This document shows, piece by piece, positions 11,899-25,100 of a DNA stretch of 64,000 nt. How positions within the stretch are numbered: the first letter of the stretch is position 1; every line of letters begins with the position of its first letter. This DNA comes from Saccostrea cucullata (lineage: Eukaryota). The translations under genes were made by a program, and so were the position numbers. The stretch lies in contig NW_026921153.1 in assembly GCF_032062105.1 (NCBI RefSeq), forward strand, positions 62,001-126,000. The letters run 5' to 3'. The notes under the pieces were generated by a model. That model saw only the letters and a program-made list of their open reading frames with translations, was not told the DNA's origin and ran no database searches.

Positions 11899-14800
11899 TT
11901 TTGTGTTAAACTCTCATTGCCATATGATTAACAAAAAGTAAATCTGTTAATTCAAATTTGACATAAACATATTATTCAACGATAAAAGTTTTACCTTATA
12001 TAAATATTCAAGCAGAGAAAAAAGTATATGGATGCTCCGAGCTTAATAAAAGCTCAAAGTATGTCAAATGTGAAAACACAACTTGTTAATTTAAATCGAG
12101 CTTGGTGGTAAAATCCTGTATAAACGGACATAAAATATTTTTGTAATCTGCAGAAGCAATTCAAATGACTTAAATGACATTGACTATAAATAAGATGGTG
12201 TACTCTGTTTATCCAATCAATACATACGGATCATGTTGGGGGTGACATGTCGATAAGACACCTAATCCCAACCCTGGAATACCCGGGCTTCCCTATTTTA
12301 GGCCCTGATGACAGATTTGTCTTTTTTTCGTTTTACATTGTTCACTTTACTTATTTCATATAAATAATTACTATGAAAATAAAAAAAGACTTTTTAATAC
12401 TTGTTTCCATTTCAATTTTAGTGCAACAGGTTTAATATTGTTGACACTTGCTCTTCTTAGGAAACCACAACGAGCGAATTATTTTATTGGAAAAATATGA
12501 TACAAAACACATGATAATATGAATCATTTCACAATTTTTTTTTCACGTGCTTGGAAATCCCAAGAATGAAAAACAGTCAAGCAACCATGCAAAGTAAATC
12601 TAAAGAAAACTTCGCTAATTTACATTTAGAAAAATATCTTTTTCCTCTTGTTTACGGAAAAAAAAACATTCAGAACAATTCATAGTGGAAAAAAAGTTCT
12701 AAAGTTGATATGCCCTGTGCCTTGAGTACTACATCCGAATTAATCAAATAGAGATATTTTTAGAAACTCATTTTTTGTGATCATTTTATAATGGAACTTA
12801 AGAATTTAAACATTTCTAACGTGTATGTTCAAAAAGAAAATTAAATAGTTTAAAAAGACCAAAATGAATGAAAAGGAATATGAAAGATAAAAAAGAATGA
12901 AAATCACTGGAAATGGACAAAAGGAATTTTAAACACATAATACACTTTTTAAGAAATCGGTCATGTTTCTAATAGATTTATATTCAAATATGATTTTAAA
13001 TGGAAAATTTATAATATTTATTAATAAGGGCAAAACATGTGTTTGAAACTGTATACAGAAAAAAAAACCAAAGTCGTATATTTAAGCACCTTAGGAAGCC
13101 TACGATTTATTCATTTTAGGAATTTATTTATGTAAAAAAGTCAAAATTATATACGTAGCAAAATCTCAAATTTATTTGTCTTAGAATTTCTTAAATCTAG
13201 TTTATCATTTGACAATGTGATTTTTTTAAATATGTAAAATGTTTAAGAACATTTTTTAGATTGCCTTATAATTTCTTTTGTTTTACAGGTGCACACACGT
13301 AACATTAAATTCTTTATAAAAAATGATAGAATCCTATATTTGTCCAATAATACGTGGTACGTATCATGAATAAAACAACAGACTGTCCATTTACACATAT
13401 TATTAAGAAATTAAATGACTTAATTTGTACAGAGATTCTGCCCTTTTTGATCTAAGCTCTAAACCTTTACAAGATTCTTGTAAACACCTATTTTAGCGAG
13501 GCATTTAATTAATTATTTTTATTAGCACTCAGGAAAGAGTAAATACCATTTCAGCGACTTACATTCAATCTACACACCAGGGGGTTTATATAGTTTATAA
13601 GTTAATTTTCTTTGATAACGGTCTTATGTTTTAAGAAATTAAAAGATTTAAATATTATTTTTTTGCAAAAAAAGGTGAAATGAAGTTTATCCTTATTTAA
13701 GTATTTGTAATGTGTATAAGTTGAAACCCAGCTAAAAACATGTAATCTGATTTATAGTAGTATTTTAATTAATAAAGTGTCAGAATTCATAATTAAGAGA
13801 GATGAAGGTGCGTTACGGAAACGTCAAAATGAATGCTTGATAACACATGTCGTGTTGACAGGGCTCTGTACATGCCATGTAGATAAAAACCTCACATCCG
13901 ATATATTGGCTACTTATATAAAAGTATACATAAAAGTGCAAAGAGGTAAAGTCCTTCTGGTATTAAGAAACTTTTAGAAGGCCGTTCCAACATTAAAACA
14001 AATTTGTAAAATATGGTAAAACAGAATTATGTACAAAGTAAGTGTAAGTAAAAATAATATTTGTGTTCTTTTTTGTAAACCTACAATAGTATATTGAAAT
14101 ATAAAAACTTATAAAACGCATATTGTAAAACACCTTACGATTGTATATTATGTTATTTTATTTAAGCTTCATTTAAATTGACAGGAAATTTAAAGTGTAT
14201 TTCTCACATTCGATTTTTTCCCTTTCAAATATACTAGATTCATGTCTTCAAAAACTCTTTAAATGTATTTTTTTTTTTATTTATTTATGCAATATGTGCC
14301 GTTATATAAAGCTATAAATACGTATATATTTATATAACATTCGTCTATCATTCATATTTTATGGGAGTAACCATATTCTTCAAATTTCTATGTAAAGCTT
14401 AAGAAAATTAACATCAAATGTTAATTCTTACTTATTGATCATCTCTTTCTTTCTGTTTTTTAAAAAAGCTTTATACAAAATTAAATGATAATGAAAACAA
14501 TGAATAAACAAACAATCAAGAAGATCAAATGTTCATTGAAACATAAAAATTGAGACATAGCAAATTATTTTTGGTGGCATATTTGGTATTTAGCAAAAGA
14601 AACATTTTCCAATCATTTTTTCAATGTTGAAATCCCCTACTTTTTTGTCAGACATATGTATCAAGATCGATATACATGCATATGCTTTTTATGATTAAAA
14701 AAAAGACATTACCAATTGTGCCCAGACATTAGCAGACCTATTTCCCAATCATTACATGGAGCACACGGTCTGGCCGATCGGCAGGGAATGTTCACTCCTC

Positions 14801-15269
14801 CATGTTACCTGATCCCACCTCTGATGTTCGGAAGGTCCTTGTTTGGTCTGCTCCTATTTTGTATTATTTTATGGACTTTTGATCTTGAATTCTGTTCGTT
14901 ATCTCCATACGTTTTTTCCATATAAGGCAAAATTTGTCCAAACTCTTGTACGTGAAAAGAAACCATTGCTGTGACCTTTGACTTTTAGATATAATAATTG
15001 ATATTAAGGATAAAAATATTAAGACAATTATTATTGACAATTAAGGATATACACAACACACCTTACCTACTGATGAATTTTTCAAGATAATTTAAATTCA
15101 AAATTATATTACTTTTGTATGCTCTTAGACAAAAAAAAAATACTTTACCAGGGTGTTAGAGCAGATTGTAAATGAAAAAATTCTTGCAGCATTCGGAGCA
15201 AAATATGCAAAAATTACTTAGCATAAATTGCAGATTTTTCCCCATCAAAATTTGTTTTTTAAAGGAGGG

Positions 15270-16350
15270 GGACAATGGTTATTTCCATTCTTATGTCGAT
15301 ACGATATATCCTGTTGAGATTGAGATAAAAGATATTACCGCTTCTGACACATCGGTTTCATATTTGGATACTAGTAGTATTTTACTTGAAAAAGACATTA
15401 ATGGTAATCTTAAAGCCAAGACTAATGAAAAACCTGATGACTTTATTTTTTTCAATCGTCAACTTCCTTTACTCGTGCAGCAATATGCCTTCATCACTTG
15501 CACACGGGGTATACATGAAACCTATGGAGATAACAAACAACAAACAGTATTCAATCTCAAAGTCCATAAATCAATACAAAATAGAAGCAGAGCAAACACG
15601 GACCTCTAAAACGTCGGAGGTGGGATTAGGTGTCACGGAGGAGTGAGCAATCCCTTCCGACCGGGAACACCCGCCGTGTGCTCCTTGTCATGATTGGGAA
15701 TGAACGGAAAATCCGTCGTGAATTTAGTGTAAACAATGAACTAACAATTAGTATGAAAAACCTTAGTCATTTGATTCACTATGATAAATTGTATTTGTTG
15801 ACTTTGATTGAAATAAGATTATCCCTGCCAACCGGTTACGCTGGCCATGTAAACCTTAACATGATCGGGAAATAATGTTTAAAATCCATCCACAACTCAG
15901 TGTGTATACAATGGCGCAATTTGCACCTGTCGGAATTCAAATTGGATTGTTAAAAGACATGGTCTCTATAAAGAGAATTCATACTGTCAATGAGAAACTA
16001 AAATCTTTTTGATGTCAAATTCAGATTACTTGTGTGTAGAATCAGTATGTTTCCAACAAAATAATTTTGCAAATGACCAATGACAAGGTAATTAAATAAA
16101 ATTCCGAGTTCCGTTTTTCATTCCAAAAGCAGATTTCAATGGTATCAAAAATCCTTGACTTTAATTTATCGTGGGGAATGGTTTTACATAAAGTTGAAAA
16201 GTTATAATGTTGATTTTGGTAAAATTGTGATTTCAGATTGTCCAAAGGTTTTTTGGATTTTTTAATCATCCCCATCTGATTTATACTACTGCTCGACTGT
16301 TGATTTTAGTTAAATTTGTGATTTCAAATTGTCCAAAGGTTCTTTGGAAT
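15270..16350. mobile_element. Naiad-type PLE fragments in opposite orientations
   Basis: Plus-strand RT piece FHSYVDTIYPVEIEIKDITASDTSVSYL (15270-15530) matches 6945-7100. A minus-strand 3' module (15575-15695) and an RT piece (TIPHDKLKSR, 16040-16290) follow. Confidence 0.8.
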
Positions 16351-16410
16351 TTTAAGCATCCCCATCTGGCTAGGGGGAGTAAGTATCCTCTGGATCCATT
16401 CTGAGTCATA

Positions 16411-16564
16411 TACTGTGGACGTGGAAATTTTGACGATTTTTTGTTTAAGAAAATTGACGAGTGTGAATTTTGACGAAATATTGGATCAAGAGGTATGTAT
16501 CTTTGAATTCACAAAGTTAAATCGTCAATTTTTCAACTCGTCAATATAACCACGTTTACAGTAT
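16411..16564. mobile_element. Small Tc1/mariner-like MITE
   Basis: TACTGTGGACGTGG ... CCACGTTTACAGTA termini (TA-flanked) with internal TTGACGA/TCGTCAA repeats. Confidence 0.6.
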
Positions 16565-19500
16565 ATCAATCAGGTCGATGGAGCGTTCCGTTGTCAAATT
16601 CATTATGAAATTAAAAGCTCAACAATAGGTTAGAAAAAAGTCAGCTATAATCACCCAATGATAGATTATATTTTACTTTTAATGTCATTATATAAACTTT
16701 AATATACTGCTCCACAAAGCCTCTTAGCTTCTTAACGAGTTTTTGAAAATAGAACACATTGATTAATTAACACTTCCAGAAATCTAGAACAATAATTTTC
16801 GATAAAATTTATGTTTAACACACATCCTTACTTTATTTCCGCAGATAGCGGAAAGAAAAATGTTTCTAGGTCTCATTGGTCACGTGATAGGGTCAAAGGG
16901 TATGTCATTAATCAATTTATTTCAGACTGCAAATTAACTAATGTAATTCTTTATAATGATTTTTATAGTTAATATCCTCGAAGAATCGCCATAATTTTCT
17001 CAATATTTTTGTTACCTCACCCCAATCAAGTCAAAATTACCATATATATTAATTTTAAGGGAAAAAAGTCGAATTTCTTTTTTCTAAATATCAGACTAAT
17101 TGCGCAATGCAATTTCCTCTTGAAATGTATGGAAAAAAACTCAAATGTTAGAAATTATCTATTATCATGGCTAAGTTTGAAACCTCTTTTTTGTGATTTA
17201 ATTATTCTTATTTTATTCTCATCATTATAATTATTGTTGATTGTCCTGATATCCTTTATGAACTTTCACTTTGTCACTGTGTTCTATCTTTTCATAAAAT
17301 TCTGATATCAAAGCACGAGTTAAACATTTAATCTTCAGAATTACAACTCTTAACAAATATATAGCAGTTTACGGCAGCTCAGTGAGTAGAGCGCTCGCTG
17401 CGTATCTTTCAATATGACTTCATAATTTAGGGTAGCTGACGAAAAAAATCATAATATTTGTCATAAAATTAACTCTGGATACGTCTTGTTTTTTGTACAA
17501 TATTTAAGGTAATAAAATTTGATAGAAATACTGTTATACCTACAAAATACGGTCCATATTGACTATCCAATACTTAGTTTAATTACATCCACATTTCAAA
17601 AATAGAATAAATGGCTAAAATAACTTTTGGTGACCGATGCTTAATTATCAATGATATTGATGTTGTACTTATTGACCAATATTTCGAATGCAAATCATCC
17701 ATGTGGTTGTTCAAATATTTACAAAGTGACACAACAGAAATTTGTACTACGAGCAAGAATTACCTTCTATTGCTTTTGTGATCATCTGATTAAAGCCTTG
17801 TATTGTAAACACTTTCATTGAATTTAGGTTTGCATATCATCGGTACACGTCAAAGGCAGGTACATATTGAAAGTCATTTTTAGATTGGTACAAATGTATA
17901 AGTTATACAAAATAAAACAAAACCATACACCCGCCATAAGTGGGTGTATTGAGGAGGTAGACGGTATATTTAACATAGAAAACAATTAACTATCTAATTG
18001 AATGAAATGTGTCAAAAAAAAAATAAAATGGCATTTTTATTTTTTAATCAAGTCATTATAAGTGTAACAACCTAGAACTTGAGAGAGAAAAAAAGCACAA
18101 ATAATACAGGAGCTAAAAACACAAGTAATTGTTTAGTAAACATAATACCTTTTTACCAATAATATGAAAGTTGCAAAAATAATCTATGTCTGTTTATGAA
18201 TATGGTTGAAAGTCTTTCATTTGAAGTGATTTATATCCTATATAAAGTTTTATTATGCTGCAATGATTGTAGCAATGGTAGTACATGTAATCATAGACCT
18301 TTTCTAAGCAGGGAACTTTTCAAGCTAGTATATCAGTTGAATTTTAAAATATATTTAATATTTCCATCCATGAAATTGTACTTCATTTAGAATTTCCTAT
18401 GTATTAAATACCTCATGCAAATACATAAAAATCCTTTCAAGCAAACAAAGACGCATAGTAGTTCAAGTAAATGCTCTAACAAGTCTCTTTCCTTACAACT
18501 CACTTAAATATTACTAGCAGTTTGTATTTTTGTTTGACGGACGGTCATGACAAGTACACACGGCGGGCGTGACTGGTCGACGGGGTATGTTCGCTCCTCC
18601 ATGACACTCTGTTCCCATTTTTTTGCCCTTGATTTCTGTTCTTTATCTTCATAGTTAATGCTCCTAAGGTAACATTTTATTGTTCATGCAAACCCTTATT
18701 TGTAATTTAATTATACCCTAAAGTACATTTTATTAAACTGTTTACAATTAAAATGTGATAATAAGATAATAATGAAAATTTACACTTCGTCATTTGAATT
18801 TTTTTAAATAATAGATTCCATGTGAAAAAGTAATAAAGTTTGACATTTTACATATTGATGTCAAGAGAGGATTTCTATATTGATATCTAGGTATCGAAAT
18901 GGAGATAGGGGATTATAATATACCTTAAATTAATGTCCAGAAGTTAAGCTTGTTCGTGTACTGTGTTCAAATGTACTTAAGCAGACATTGCTATGTGCTA
19001 TTCGTATCAAGACAAATTCTTTTAGTTTTTTTACATAGTTTATTTCTATTTTTTATAATCGTAAATTGTCTCCTGATATTTAAATATTATATAATATCTT
19101 ATTTGCAAAATAAAATTACACTGGTCAGAAGACACTACAAGTCTAGTCTAATTTATCATCTCAAGGTCGATCTATTGTCTAGATGGTCTAGAAAATTAGC
19201 TTAAATATCATTTAAAGGAAAAAACCTAGTAATTGCTTTAGTTAATCAGATCTTATATTGGTCAGTTCAGAGTTAAAGAAAAAAAATATTAAATAAACCA
19301 AGTACACTCATAATATATGAAACAATGAATCTGTTTGAAAAATTGATATACAGGTATGTAATAAGTAAAACTAAAGAAAATGTTACATAATGATTAAAAG
19401 TTATTTTCATCAATTAGTTGATGACAGGGATATATTAAAAAGGAAAACTAGCCAGTGTGAAGTCTTATGCCACTATCTAAAGAGCAATAAAGATAATTTG

Positions 19501-21249
19501 ATTAAGACATACCGTATTTAATACAAAAATTAATTTACGATGACTGACAGACTGGCCTGAAGGACATTATTTTTGTAATTTAATTTCATTTAAAAACTAT
19601 TTATACTTAAAAAATCAAAGAAAAGCTTCACAATTATCAATTTAAAATAATATACTAGTGATATAAAATTTTAACACAAACTGCATCGGTAGATTTAAAT
19701 TTGAAATTTTATTACAAAATCCAAAGGAACAGCTGATTATAGAATGAGAAGAGATGAAGATATTTGAATTATTAATGGTCATTTCTTTCACAATTGAGAG
19801 AACGTGTTCCCACAAAATATTATGGATTTTGACTCCGATCTGAAGACTCAATATCACTGCCATGAACCATAAAAACAAGCACCATACTCATGTCAACTTA
19901 AAACAAATAAAAGTGCTGATGATGCTTTTTGATACTAATGATTGGATGGATTTTAGTTGAAAAATAATAAAATACAATTTTATTGATCTATCTTTTTTTT
20001 TCATTTAGCAATATAAATATTGACTCTGTTTTACGGCAACATAGACTTTGTAGGCCCCCGAAAATATTTCCGACGCGAATCGAAGGGGAATCCTAATGGG
20101 CGAAATGTCATCCAAAAGGGCTAACATATCAATGTTGACCGCCACCAAAGTCAATATCTGTGTTATATTGTCTCTAGCCAAATAATATTTTGTGTAGTAT
20201 AATTATTTTGACTGTTTTTCTATACTAATAGTGAAAATACAGTAAGTTTTTCACTTCTGAATAAATCAAATAAAATAATTCATTAATATAACTTTTTATA
20301 CTCTAGCTCGGTACAGTAATATTGAGATAGGGTGGGGTCAGAGGTCTTTGTAAATAAACGCGTTTTCAAACTTTATTTTGTAACTGAAAAATGTTACTGA
20401 GGAATTTATTCCTATAAATTAAACGATACAGAAATAAATTTTTAAAAATCTAAAATTAAAGTTATATATGTTTAAGCATGTTCATGTGAAATAATCAACA
20501 TTTTTACAAAATCAATGAATTATAAAAATTGTAATAAAATGTAAACATCGAATTTTAAGAAAAATTGTCGTGGATGGAAAAGGAAAATTAAATGATACCA
20601 TAAATTTCTGTTTTCAGTGATAAGCAGAATGACCATATCTCTTTTATCCCCAAAATATGTGATGAAAATATAGTTCCTCAAAGTAACGCACAATTAACTT
20701 AAGTTAGCAATTCAAAGTTTTAGCACATGTACTAAAGTTTAAAATTATACTTATAAAATGTGTATAATTTCATTTATATACTTAAGGAGTTTCATTTTTC
20801 CTTCTTTCCTTTTTTATGTGTCTCCCTAAAACATCTCTTATAAAATTTAGGAATAAAATGCTCTTAAAGGCAAAAAATATCACAGATGAAATAATTATAG
20901 CATTTTTTTAAAATCTAAATTTCATTTCAATTATTTATCGAATGCATGTTAACCGATAATGACAAAATATCTTAGCCTTTTGCAGGTGCGTACTACTTTA
21001 AAAATATGTAGAGAGTATAATATGCATGAAATAAGCATAAAGAGTTTATTACATATCACTTTTCTACATTGACTACATGTATTTATAACAATCCTAATAA
21101 AAAAAAAATAACTTTAACATCTTTCAAAATGGCATCAAGTATTTACTTTAACAGTATTTCTTTAACAGATTATGTAAATACCTGTACGTGTAAACTAGTT
21201 TGAACCTTATTTAAATTAACACTTAGTGCAGAAAAGTAACGTGCCTGTC

Positions 21250-21552
21250 ATTGGTCGGCTGAGAAAGATAAAAGGCCACGAGATGGGAAAATAAAGACAA
21301 GTCGATCACAGAGTTATCATGGTCAGGAAGGCAGGCGTAAAACAGATTATAAATAAATTTTCTGAAATATTTTAAGGTAAGAATTATTTTGTACCTTTTA
21401 CTTCTGAAAACTATATGTTAATCGTTAAGAAAACATTTCAGTTATTTTGTTTTTTCGTGCATTTTATTCATATTCTTTAAATTTAAAAATTCGTTTAAAC
21501 TCATCCACGAATGAAAATGCGTAATTTTATATAGTATTTTTTTTAATTTCAG
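21250..21552 (+). promoter_or_regulatory. Putative promoter, non-coding first exon and 5'UTR intron of the cystine-knot gene
   Basis: Inverted CCAAT (ATTGG, ~21250), TATA-like GATAAAAG (~21267), donor AAG|GTAAGA at 21377, acceptor TTTTTTAATTTCAG ending at 21552. AATAAA at 22537 lies downstream of the CDS. Confidence 0.5.
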
Positions 21553-21589
21553 ATTTTGAAAAGCGACATCAAGTTTCAAGTTAAACAAG

Positions 21590-22111
21590 ATGCTGGTCAG
21601 GCTTTTCCCTGTTTTATTGTGCATATCATCCCAATGTTTGACAGTTAGTTTAGCGAGATGCAGAAAACGTCCAGTTCGTGAAATCATACAACAGAAAAAT
21701 TGCATTCAAAAAATGACTTTAAACTTTGCTTGCCAGGGCACCTGTGATAACAGTCTTTCTAACATTCTGAGTGCAGACGGTGCATCGTCGCGTTCTTGTC
21801 AGATCTCAGCCAGCCGACAAAAAATAGTCCGGCTCAGGTGTTTCGAAAAAGGAGATTTAAGGAAACTGAGATCACGAGACATTGTTGTGTCGGTGGTAAC
21901 GGGGTGTTCATGTAGTTCTGGACTTAGTACGACAAATACTGACACAGAAGAACGACAGATTGCACCGACTCATGCGACAAGAAGGTCCCGATTTCAGAAT
22001 TTTTTGCAAAGACTTGCATCAGGAAGGCGTCGGGGTGCGTCCGGAAGGCCTCGGGGTTCGTCTGGAAGGCAACGAGGAAGACGTAGGGGTCTTGCCAATG
22101 CGCAAAACTGA
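21590..22111 (+). CDS. Secreted cystine-knot protein (DAN/sclerostin-like or bursicon-related), 173 aa
   Basis: Hydrophobic signal peptide (aa 1-22) and eight mature-region Cys spaced C-x13-C-x9-CQGTC-x17-C-x13-C-x21-CSC, containing the CxGxC and CxC knot motifs. Arg/Gly-rich C-terminal tail; GC-richer than the flanks. Confidence 0.85.
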   Translation: MLVRLFPVLLCISSQCLTVSLARCRKRPVREIIQQKNCIQKMTLNFACQGTCDNSLSNILSADGASSRSCQISASRQKIVRLRCFEKGDLRKLRSRDIVVSVVTGCSCSSGLSTTNTDTEERQIAPTHATRRSRFQNFLQRLASGRRRGASGRPRGSSGRQRGRRRGLANAQN

Positions 22112-25100
22112 GCAAGAGATGATGGTTGATTGGTTCAGTGCAATTACGGGTGTTTAAATGAGAATCTCAAAGAGGCAGTGAACTAGTTCAGTACTCCTCT
22201 GACTGCTGGGTGAAGTAACTACATTTATTGCTGTATTTTCTCTAACTGAATCTGTGTATCTAGATAATTTTATTGTTTTAGATATTACATTTCTCATCTC
22301 ATTAACATTAATTATTTATGAATCATCTTTGCTTCTTTCATGTTTATTTATAGAATTCAATTGTTGTTTCACGTTCCATTTTTTTATTGTAACATTGAAA
22401 TGCTACTCATGCAGATTATTGATGCCTATCCGTTGTACATTACATAAAACTTTACAGCAGTTTCACATTTTAATTTTGCTTTATTTGTTGTCCAAGTGTT
22501 TTGTTTTACATTAATTTAAAATGTTGTAAAAAATCCAATAAATATTATTTTTAACTGTCATGCTTTTCAATTACGTTTTCATCGTTTATATCAACAACAT
22601 ACTCGTGATGATAAAGTACTTTTCACAATGAAATTGAAACAATCTGTGCTATTGCATATATTATGATATACACCGAGAACATTCACGTTTATGGATTTAT
22701 ATAAGGTATGGTTATACAGCTAATAAGGGATCGGTATATTTACAAAGAAGAATACAGTGTTTCTATACTCATAGATATGAAATTTTTAATGTGAGCACAC
22801 TATCTTTACATGATTTTTTTTTCTAAAGATTGAAATATACAAAGATCATTTACATTTGTAATCCGTCGGTTCCAAAAAGGATTTACCTCAATATCGGTAT
22901 TTGTCTTTATAGGATTTGCATCTGGCTTCGTCAAATATTCATTTCATTATAATATTTCTCCATTTTATACTAATATTCAAATCCTACAGATGTTAGAGAT
23001 GTAAAAAAAACTTTAATTAGATTGCTAAAAAGATTTATACAAGAATTATTAACAGTAATAGAAGCACTGTTTTCTCATACGTCTCCTATCTGTTTGTTTA
23101 TGCTAAGTTAAATACTTTTTCTCCACTTGCTGCATTGAAATCAGCTAAAAAATTTAAAACCATTTTCATAGGCCTGTTAAGTAAAAGTACACAAAAGTCA
23201 AGTTAAAAAAGTCATATTTTGAGACTACACTCTCTCTGGTCTATATTGTACACTTCTTCATATCACTATATAATTCAGGTAGAGCTGGATTATATCCTTG
23301 AATCACAAGTCATTCTTGAACGTAAATAAATTAATTAACACAAGTAAGACTTTCTTGTTAATTATGAATATATTGACGATATAATTTTATTGAAACGTGT
23401 TTTATGTCAACAGGAATTCGCGATAATGAGCGCGAAATGTGAATGTATGGACAACAGAAAATGGGAAATACTAAAGAACCAATTATAACATTAACTTTAT
23501 TCAATTCGTTCATTTGAGTAAATTGGAAAAGTTTTTAATGCTGATTTACGGCTTCCTGTAAAAATATTAAAGATCTAAATATAACATTAATTTTATACAA
23601 TTATTTTATTCGGGGAAATTAGAATAATTTTTATTATTTTCCATAGAGTTGATGCCGATTTAGGGCTTCCTTTTCAATAATGACTTAAATAAAGTGAAGA
23701 ATATATTACCTTGTTTATTCAGAATATTTCTGTTATAGAATCTTCATTAGTCAAGCAACACACACACATAAAATATTATGTAATATAATTATGTAATATT
23801 ATGTAATTCTTTTGGCCTATTCCCCCCGTGTGTTTTCGTGTTTTCTAAATAAATTCTAACCTTTATTCCTTTTTAAGAAATATATTGAATCTGCATCCAA
23901 GGCAAAATGAATTTATGAATTTATGAAAATTTGAAAAATAACTTTAGGTGTAAGCTTCATATAATACAATTAACAAAATTTAAATTATTGAAGCTAATTG
24001 TACTTTAAGGGCAACAGTAAAAAAAATAGAATTGAGTCATGCTTTTAATTTAAAAGCATGTCTTCTTTAACATCTAAAATGCAAACCCTATAGAAAATAT
24101 ACAAGTTAACAATAGAGTTTTGGCTATAAGATACCTTTGGAATTTTTCTATAATTCAGGTTGTAGCCTCTCCGACCTCAACTGTAGCGGTTGTTCATTCA
24201 CAAATTCCCTGTACTCTTATTACAGTTCCACTATCTGTACTCGGGCTGTTGACAAGGAATCTATATATGGAATATAGTAGTACCGTGCTTAATCTGTGAG
24301 TCTACAAATGGATTTCTTTATCAGAAGTAATCTAAATAGAGAACAGAGAGACCTAAAACAGATTCATAGTCATTCACAAATATTTCCTAATAATCTAGAT
24401 GCTTGTTATCAATTTTCAGTGAATATTGACCTTGATCACGTGTTTAACCTAGTAGTAATTTAATTGTTGCTGAATAAAACTTTTAGTAAACAGAGGCATA
24501 TGAGGTAGTCCTTCGGTCATTTAACTAGAAGATTCCTTTAATTGTATACTGTCCTATTTTTTATTGAAATCGCAAGGTCGGGACATGTTTGCTGAAACAC
24601 CGTCTAACGCCATTCATTCAAATTAAGGAAAAGAATTTCTTAGCAACTGTTTATGTACGCTTTATAACGTACTTAAAGCAATAAGTAATTATCTGCAGTA
24701 TTATAAATGCTTTACTACTTTTGATATCAGGGTTCTTTTTGCGTTTAATTTTAATATATGTATATATTAAAGAAAAACATAATAAGTAAAAGCAAATTTT
24801 TTTTTACATATTTGCCTTTGTTTTGCACATAATAATAAACTTATATTAATATTAAAAAGTATTATTGTAAACAGCAAGTTAGTGTTAAGATGAGAAATTT
24901 CAATTCTCAACAACTTATGAAAATTTTGCAGATGTCAATAAAAATATGTTCTTCATATAAAAAGGAAATTCAATTTGAGACAATTTCGTCTTAAATATAA
25001 TTCATATAAATAAAAACTATATTTTCTGCAATAAATACATAATAAACATGTCCAAGATAGTGTTACGTAATATGATACATAAAAAAAGTATTATTATTTT

